In this document: positions 14,816 to 20,000 of the stretch, piece by piece
Numbering within the stretch: the first letter of the stretch is position 1
How the letters are laid out: the number at the start of each line of letters is the position of its first letter
From: an uncultured virus (IMG/VR IMGVR_UViG_3300021963_007405)
Lineage: Duplodnaviria; Heunggongvirae; Uroviricota; Caudoviricetes
Direction: 5' to 3' (one strand)
Virus record (IMG/VR): IMGVR_UViG_3300021963_007405
DNA: 20,000 nucleotides
Notes under the pieces: model-generated
Databases searched by the model: none
What the model was told of the DNA's origin: nothing
Seen by the model: the letters and a program-made list of their open reading frames with translations, nothing else
Position numbers and translations under genes: made by a program

Positions 14816-16882
14816 TTATAATCCGAATCTTCCTTTTGTAGCATTGTAATTTTGTAAGATTTCTGCATCAGTTAACATTCTATTATAACAAAGAACACTA
14901 CCAATATAACCATCAGTAACAGTTCCAGCATAACCACTACCTATTCTTATAGCACCAGCAGCAACTAAAGCAACATTGCTTTGAGAATTATAACTTGCAC
15001 TCCATGCTGATCCATTTTTGCTATAAAATCCAGTTCTAGCAGCGGTAGTTTTACCAGTTGACATTTTTATACCAACCATATTCCAAGCATTTACTGTACT
15101 AGCAGCAGTGCTTGCGTAATCATAACTTGGATTAAATCTACTATAATAACTAAAATCATTAGCAGTCTCCCATGTTACAGCTATTTCTTGTTGATAAGAT
15201 TGATATGATGTACCCGCTTTTTCAAATATTGTTCTTCTTACAGCCGTGGTTTCACAATAAAACCATATGATAATTGTACAATCACCTCCCAAATCTACCA
15301 AATTAAAGTTTGTTCCACATTCCCAATAACCAGAACCGTTGAAATCAAAACACGGAGATCCACCTATTGTTGTAAATGGGGTTTGAGTTGTTCCTTGAGA
15401 ATTAAATATAAGATTATTTCCACTAACATCATACCAAGCACTTCCTGCTCCAGCATAACTATATGGATTACCAGCATCAAGATTTAATACTAGTCCTTGT
15501 TGTACAATTGTATTTGCAAATTTTGACTTTTGAGCTTCGTAATTTTGCGCAACTTCTACTGCGCTTAATCCCTTTTGATAAATTAAAACATTAGATATCA
15601 AACCAGAAAATGGTTCTGCTACATTATTTCCATCTATACCTATATTTACGCTTCCAGTTGCCGAACCAAAAACTGACGAATAAGTTGCTGTACCTATAAC
15701 AGTATTATTAGCATATAAAGTAATAGCAGATCCCACTCTAGTTAAAACAACATTAATCCAAGTGTTAGCCGAAAACCCAGAAGCAGTATTACTGATAATA
15801 TATCCAGCTCCTGCTCTAAAAACATTCAAAAAAGCGGAAGAATTATTCATCATTATTTGCCATTCGTTAGTAGTCGCTACTCCAAACGTATAATAATCTC
15901 CTATCAGATTTCCATAATTAGAATTCTCTGCCATGGCCATTGCCCATAAAGAAACCGTGAAGTCGCCAGTAAATTGATTGATAGTTGTGTTGTTGCCTAA
16001 TTTTATATATTTATTACTAGCAAAAAATTTAAAAGCTCCTTTGTTATAATAATCAAATAGAGGCATATTAGATACTGTTCCATTTCCTAATAATCCATTA
16101 TCATTAAAACCACTCAAATCAATAATACTTCTATCAGTATTAGATATACCCCATTTTTGTCCAAGATATGTGTGGACTTGTTTTCTTTCTGTAGCAGATA
16201 AAAGTCTATTAAATACAATAATTTCTGCTGCTTCGCAATTTGATCTTTCGCCTGAATTAGCATTTATTCCTAATCCCCAAGGACCAGCAGCCGCATCTGC
16301 GCTATTTGTTGCAATTGCAGTTCCTGCACCATAAAAATTTGCTAAATCATTAGACGGCCCACCCCAGTCACCTAAATATAATTTCCAATTTGTATCAAGC
16401 GCAACGTAAGTAGAATAGATCCATCCATTTGCATAATATTTATTAACTTCGCTCGCCCAATGGCCCAACAACCAATTATTTAATCCTGAATTCGATGTCA
16501 ATATTCTCCCTGTACCAGAAGATGGGCTTGTATATCTATCAACGACAAAAACGCTATAAGCTGAAGTTCTTAAATCAATAGATAAATTTTGTATATCTTG
16601 AGTATTAGTAAAAGCTAATACTTTTTTTGAATTTAAAAAAGCATTTCTAGTTGGCCCAGCAGAAACAGGAACCATGTGATAATTAAGTCCACTTTTATCT
16701 CTCCACTGACTCACGGTTGTACCTGAACTATAACTAAATGTAGTATCATCAGATGCGTCCATCCACATGACCAATCCATTTTTTACAGGCAAATCTGTTG
16801 TTGGATATGATTTATTATTTGATGCATCTAAACACATCACTAAACCATCGGTTGTAATTTTGGGGCTATATTGAAGTGCCAT
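14816..16882 (-). CDS. Three-domain LamG/ConA-like lectin protein (one domain nested in another, plus a tandem C-terminal copy)
   Basis: Three GLV..LDA-type openings (GLVMCLDAS, GLVMWMDAS, GLVLNLDAG) and three closings (FNRLLS..ER, YQKGLS..EVAQNY, YNRMLT..EILQNY). Confidence 0.88.
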   Translation of the reverse strand: MALQYSPKITTDGLVMCLDASNNKSYPTTDLPVKNGLVMWMDASDDTTFSYSSGTTVSQWRDKSGLNYHMVPVSAGPTRNAFLNSKKVLAFTNTQDIQNLSIDLRTSAYSVFVVDRYTSPSSGTGRILTSNSGLNNWLLGHWASEVNKYYANGWIYSTYVALDTNWKLYLGDWGGPSNDLANFYGAGTAIATNSADAAAGPWGLGINANSGERSNCEAAEIIVFNRLLSATERKQVHTYLGQKWGISNTDRSIIDLSGFNDNGLLGNGTVSNMPLFDYYNKGAFKFFASNKYIKLGNNTTINQFTGDFTVSLWAMAMAENSNYGNLIGDYYTFGVATTNEWQIMMNNSSAFLNVFRAGAGYIISNTASGFSANTWINVVLTRVGSAITLYANNTVIGTATYSSVFGSATGSVNIGIDGNNVAEPFSGLISNVLIYQKGLSAVEVAQNYEAQKSKFANTIVQQGLVLNLDAGNPYSYAGAGSAWYDVSGNNLIFNSQGTTQTPFTTIGGSPCFDFNGSGYWECGTNFNLVDLGGDCTIIIWFYCETTAVRRTIFEKAGTSYQSYQQEIAVTWETANDFSYYSRFNPSYDYASTAASTVNAWNMVGIKMSTGKTTAARTGFYSKNGSAWSASYNSQSNVALVAAGAIRIGSGYAGTVTDGYIGSVLCYNRMLTDAEILQNYNATKGRFGL

Positions 16883-16885
16883 ATA

Positions 16886-18190
16886 TTATATATATTGTGT
16901 TTTTGCTGATTGATAATTAACAGAGACTTCTGATGCAGACAGCTCTCTATTATATATTCTTATTTCACCCATTTCTCCATTCCAATGCGCTGTACCAGAC
17001 CCACGATAACCAAGTCCTCTAGGAGTTGTACCAGACCCAATGCTAGTTACATTTTGACGACCATTTGCAGCTTGTAATGTTGATGTGGTTGATTCTAAAT
17101 TTGCGTTCAAATAGACTTTGATAGCACTTCCGCTCCATGCGTATACTACATGATACCATACGTTTGCGGAGATGGTTGATGTAGATCTAGCGCCAGTATT
17201 AAATCCACCATTATTATCAAACCAACCACTACCATTTCCCAAATCGCTTCCAAAAGCAACTGTCCCGCTACTAGCGTATAAAGAAAACCATACAACATTT
17301 TCTTGAATATAAATTTGCTGATAGTTACCTGACGTAGGTAAACTATAACACTTTAACCAAAATTCCCATGTACCGGCTGTTTGTCCCGAATTGATATTTG
17401 ATGCAAAATTGATATAAGAACTCGACGCACTATCAAAAACCATTGGTCCACCTTTTATTCTCGGTAAACCAAAATTTATATGAGCTACTTGAGAAGGATT
17501 TGTTGTATAGTTTTCATACGCCCATCCAAAAGCATTTCCTTGTCCCAATCCCGGCTGTCCAATCAATATCCACTCAGGAGCAACTATATAATCAGATTCT
17601 AAAAATCCAGCAGGTTTTCCTAAATCAGTTAAGATATCTCTTACTGTGGAATTGTAAGTATCTGCTCTATGACTGCCCATTACTATAAAAGTAGCTTTTG
17701 AGTAATAAGATTTTATCGTATTATAATTAGATACAAATGACGCCAATTCAGTAGTAGTTATTCCGCTACCTGAATAATTATCATAACAATGACCATTTAA
17801 TCTTACTCCTCCAAAAAAACTATCAGCAACCCAAGCTCCACCACTTTCGTCCCATACCCATAAATGCAAAGCTCTACTAGCATCATAAGTTTTCACTCCA
17901 GATCTAACATTCAATCCCGGTGTTATACCCTGTCTATTCGCTGCGTCCCCACCATAAGAACCTTCTGGATAATCAATAGCAAATGCAGTATAATAAGTTT
18001 TATTTTTATTATATATTTTATTTGTAAATGGATAATTAGTGCCTGAAACTAAATCAACGACCCCATCAGTGCTTCCATTATACAATCCACATCCTAACTG
18101 AGTCATTTTTCTACGACTAGTAGCGAATGAATCCAATGCTAAAATCAATCCACTCCTAACTATTTGCGGCCCATTATTTACTGTACTCAT
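16886..18190 (-). CDS. LamG-like protein with an inserted putative ILEI/GG-type lectin domain
   Basis: GPQIVRSGLILALD opening and TWEFWLK...WYHVV...RIYNRELS..EV C-terminal part; insert with RALHLWVWD, CYDNY, FIVMGS, ILTDLG and WILIGQPG. Confidence 0.78.
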   Translation of the reverse strand: MSTVNNGPQIVRSGLILALDSFATSRRKMTQLGCGLYNGSTDGVVDLVSGTNYPFTNKIYNKNKTYYTAFAIDYPEGSYGGDAANRQGITPGLNVRSGVKTYDASRALHLWVWDESGGAWVADSFFGGVRLNGHCYDNYSGSGITTTELASFVSNYNTIKSYYSKATFIVMGSHRADTYNSTVRDILTDLGKPAGFLESDYIVAPEWILIGQPGLGQGNAFGWAYENYTTNPSQVAHINFGLPRIKGGPMVFDSASSSYINFASNINSGQTAGTWEFWLKCYSLPTSGNYQQIYIQENVVWFSLYASSGTVAFGSDLGNGSGWFDNNGGFNTGARSTSTISANVWYHVVYAWSGSAIKVYLNANLESTTSTLQAANGRQNVTSIGSGTTPRGLGYRGSGTAHWNGEMGEIRIYNRELSASEVSVNYQSAKTQYI

Positions 18191-18193
18191 ATT

Positions 18194-19471
18194 TTATACT
18201 CCATAGGTTGTGCGAGTTGCATTGAAATTTTGTAATACTTCTGTGGCAGTTAATGCACGATTATAAGCTCTTGCAGTTGAAACAATACTATTACTAGCAT
18301 AATCCACACTCGCTGCGCCAATATAATATGCAGAAGTGTATTGTCTTAATTGCTTTGTCAAAGTATTACTATCTACTAGCGATCCATTTATATATAATTG
18401 TCTAGTTGCATTTTCCACATTAGCAACATATACTCCATGATACCAAGTGTTTAATGAAAGAGTAGTTCCCAACGCCGCATTTGTATTGTCAAAATACCAA
18501 GTAATTACATAAATAACATTAGAAGAAGATTTTAAATGAGTGAATCCTTCATGAAATCCTGATCTACCAAAAAAATAACCATCATATAATCCAGCAGGAG
18601 TTCCTAACAATTTAAACCAACATTCATAAGTATGAGTATTATTACTCAAAGAATCTAAAGTAGAATTAGATATAGGAGTAATATACGGTCCCGCCGTATT
18701 TCCATTAAAATAAAATCCTCCACTATCAAATAAAACATTAGCACCGCTGAGATTAATATTATAATTATTTCCACTTACATCTAATAAACCACCGCCACCA
18801 GCAACAGTATTAGCAGATCTATTAGAGCCAACAACAAATGGCGTACAATATGTTTTAGTGTCTTCATATTGAAGTCCAGTTACATACATAGATTTGTAAG
18901 GTAAGCTTGGGGTATATGAAGTTTGTACGTCCAAGCCGACAGCACCAACCCATCCCCCTTCTCTTCCACCAATATTAGCACCAACTCTATACCATCCTAA
19001 CCAGCCTGATACTTTAGTTATAAATGCATTTGATACTCTTACTCCTGTAGATACAACCGCGCCAGTTACTAAATTAAATATAGCTGTGCTACCACCATCG
19101 CCTAACATTCCAATCGTAAAATTAGTTATATTTCCATTAACTGGATAAACATAACAAGATATACTATGTCCTCCAGTTCCCCCTCCTCCTAAACGGCTTA
19201 AATGATGATACCCAGTAGTTCCAGATTCTGTTAATAATGTCGCTCCAGTTCCTATTGGAGTTTGTAATGCAGCGTTATAAGATTTAGTAAATCTAGTAGG
19301 ATCGCTTGTCCATTCAGTGCTGTAGCCAGCGTATGAAAGTCCAGAAAAATCAGTAGTATTTGATACTATATTTGTAGTAGCTTCTCCTCTAAAACTTTTA
19401 ATAAATTCACGGTTATAATATAACTGTAAATCTTTTTTTACTATTCCTCTATTGGCATGTTGTACGGACAT
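18194..19471 (-). CDS. LamG-like protein with an inserted carbohydrate-binding/head-fibre-type beta-sandwich
   Basis: LLDVSGN, TYECWFK, NTWYH, YING and AYNRALT..EVLQNFNA motifs; insert bounded by ATTNIV and GLQYED...TPFV with an internal GWYRV. Confidence 0.8.
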   Translation of the reverse strand: MSVQHANRGIVKKDLQLYYNREFIKSFRGEATTNIVSNTTDFSGLSYAGYSTEWTSDPTRFTKSYNAALQTPIGTGATLLTESGTTGYHHLSRLGGGGTGGHSISCYVYPVNGNITNFTIGMLGDGGSTAIFNLVTGAVVSTGVRVSNAFITKVSGWLGWYRVGANIGGREGGWVGAVGLDVQTSYTPSLPYKSMYVTGLQYEDTKTYCTPFVVGSNRSANTVAGGGGLLDVSGNNYNINLSGANVLFDSGGFYFNGNTAGPYITPISNSTLDSLSNNTHTYECWFKLLGTPAGLYDGYFFGRSGFHEGFTHLKSSSNVIYVITWYFDNTNAALGTTLSLNTWYHGVYVANVENATRQLYINGSLVDSNTLTKQLRQYTSAYYIGAASVDYASNSIVSTARAYNRALTATEVLQNFNATRTTYGV

Positions 19472-19479
19472 AATATGTT

Positions 19480-19485
19480 TTACAC
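19480..19485 (-). promoter_or_regulatory. Candidate phage late-promoter motif GTGTAA (doubles as Val+stop of the upstream gene)
   Basis: 8 nt upstream of the ATG at 19471. Confidence 0.4.
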
Positions 19486-19959
19486 TGTCTTTAATTCTTC
19501 TGGTATATAATTGTATAATTTTTCTGGAGTATCGCAGTGAGACATATCAATATTTGTTATATCCCGAAGAATTTGTTTTTTAGAAATTATCTCAGTGGTT
19601 AGAATAGTGTTTCCAACTTCTAAAGATTTCATAAAGTCAACATCAAGTTTTTCTAATAATGGTTTTCTTCGTAAACGAAATTCTTTTTTCTTTAATTCTA
19701 TAGCTCTAGGTCTATTAAAAAAAATAGATCCATCAATTTCATTTATTGAAAAAGCATCTATAAAAACATCAGCAACTTTTAATTCTTCTTGAGTTTTAAT
19801 AAATACTGGTCTATCAGATCCATCTGGTTTTTTAGGAACAGATTTTTGTATAGCTTGTATTAAAAAAATATCTTTTTCTTCATCGTTCATATATGGTTGA
19901 TAACATGGAGTTCCAATAGCCATATATCCATCATCATCATTAAAAATAAATACTTTCAT
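19480..19959 (-). CDS. Tail-fibre assembly chaperone-like protein
   Basis: C-terminal R..R..LL..LD..FM......K..LRDIT...PEEL pattern typical of phage tail-fibre assembly proteins; it follows a fibre-like C-terminus. Confidence 0.65.
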   Translation of the reverse strand: MKVFIFNDDDGYMAIGTPCYQPYMNDEEKDIFLIQAIQKSVPKKPDGSDRPVFIKTQEELKVADVFIDAFSINEIDGSIFFNRPRAIELKKKEFRLRRKPLLEKLDVDFMKSLEVGNTILTTEIISKKQILRDITNIDMSHCDTPEKLYNYIPEELKTV

Positions 19960-19962
19960 AAA

Positions 19963-20000
19963 TTAACCTCTAATAAAAACTGCGCTTACATAAACTGGAT
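19963..20000 (-). CDS. C-terminal end of an upstream gene (possibly a tail fibre), truncated by the window edge
   Basis: Reads ...PVYVSAVFIRG* with the TAA at 19965-19963, 3 nt before the next ATG. Confidence 0.5.
   Translation of the reverse strand, partial: PVYVSAVFIRG

Noticed and set aside
9738..19471. Diversity-generating retroelement or shufflon acting on the LamG C-termini
   Set aside because: No reverse transcriptase or invertase is in the window. The repeats are short, co-oriented, coding and differ at all base types, not only at adenines, and there is no template-repeat/variable-repeat pair.
10720..19792. Plus-strand ORFs 10720-10956, 11249-11452, 17443-17688, 17864-18046 and 19595-19792
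   Set aside because: They are short and lie antisense within structural genes, with no independent support.
1..20000. Alternative genetic code (stop-codon reassignment)
   Set aside because: The genes I checked end in TAA or TGA, all ORFs are full length and tile densely under the standard code, and scarcity of TAG is expected at this AT content.

Overview
AT-rich, gene-dense 20 kb segment that reads as part of a large tailed dsDNA bacteriophage genome. The Ig-domain style and the sigma54-type hsp20 promoter hint at a Verrucomicrobia/PVC-like host, but this is inference. Three modules. (1) 1-6586, minus strand: a tightly coupled glycan-biosynthesis operon with a truncated UDP-glucose/GDP-mannose dehydrogenase, GT11- and GT10-type fucosyltransferase-like genes, an NDP-sugar epimerase, two FkbM methyltransferases, GT25, GT2 and a GT-B/GT4-like enzyme. 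(2) 6607-9697, plus strand: a hypothetical gene, a palindrome-rich non-coding segment, a dNMP-kinase-like P-loop protein, a phage sigma70-family factor, a GT4-like enzyme and a minimal Hsp20 with a consensus sigma54 (-24/-12) promoter, closed by a bidirectional terminator. (3) 9738-20000, mostly minus strand: a virion/tail module with a putative tail-tube-like protein, an Ig-domain protein, a tail-fibre chaperone-like protein and six LamG/ConA-like lectin paralogues with conserved ends, variable cores and nested domain insertions. Three promoter classes appear to be present: sigma70-like, sigma54-like and a candidate phage late motif GTGTAA. No tRNA, rRNA, CRISPR array, integrase or reverse transcriptase was seen.
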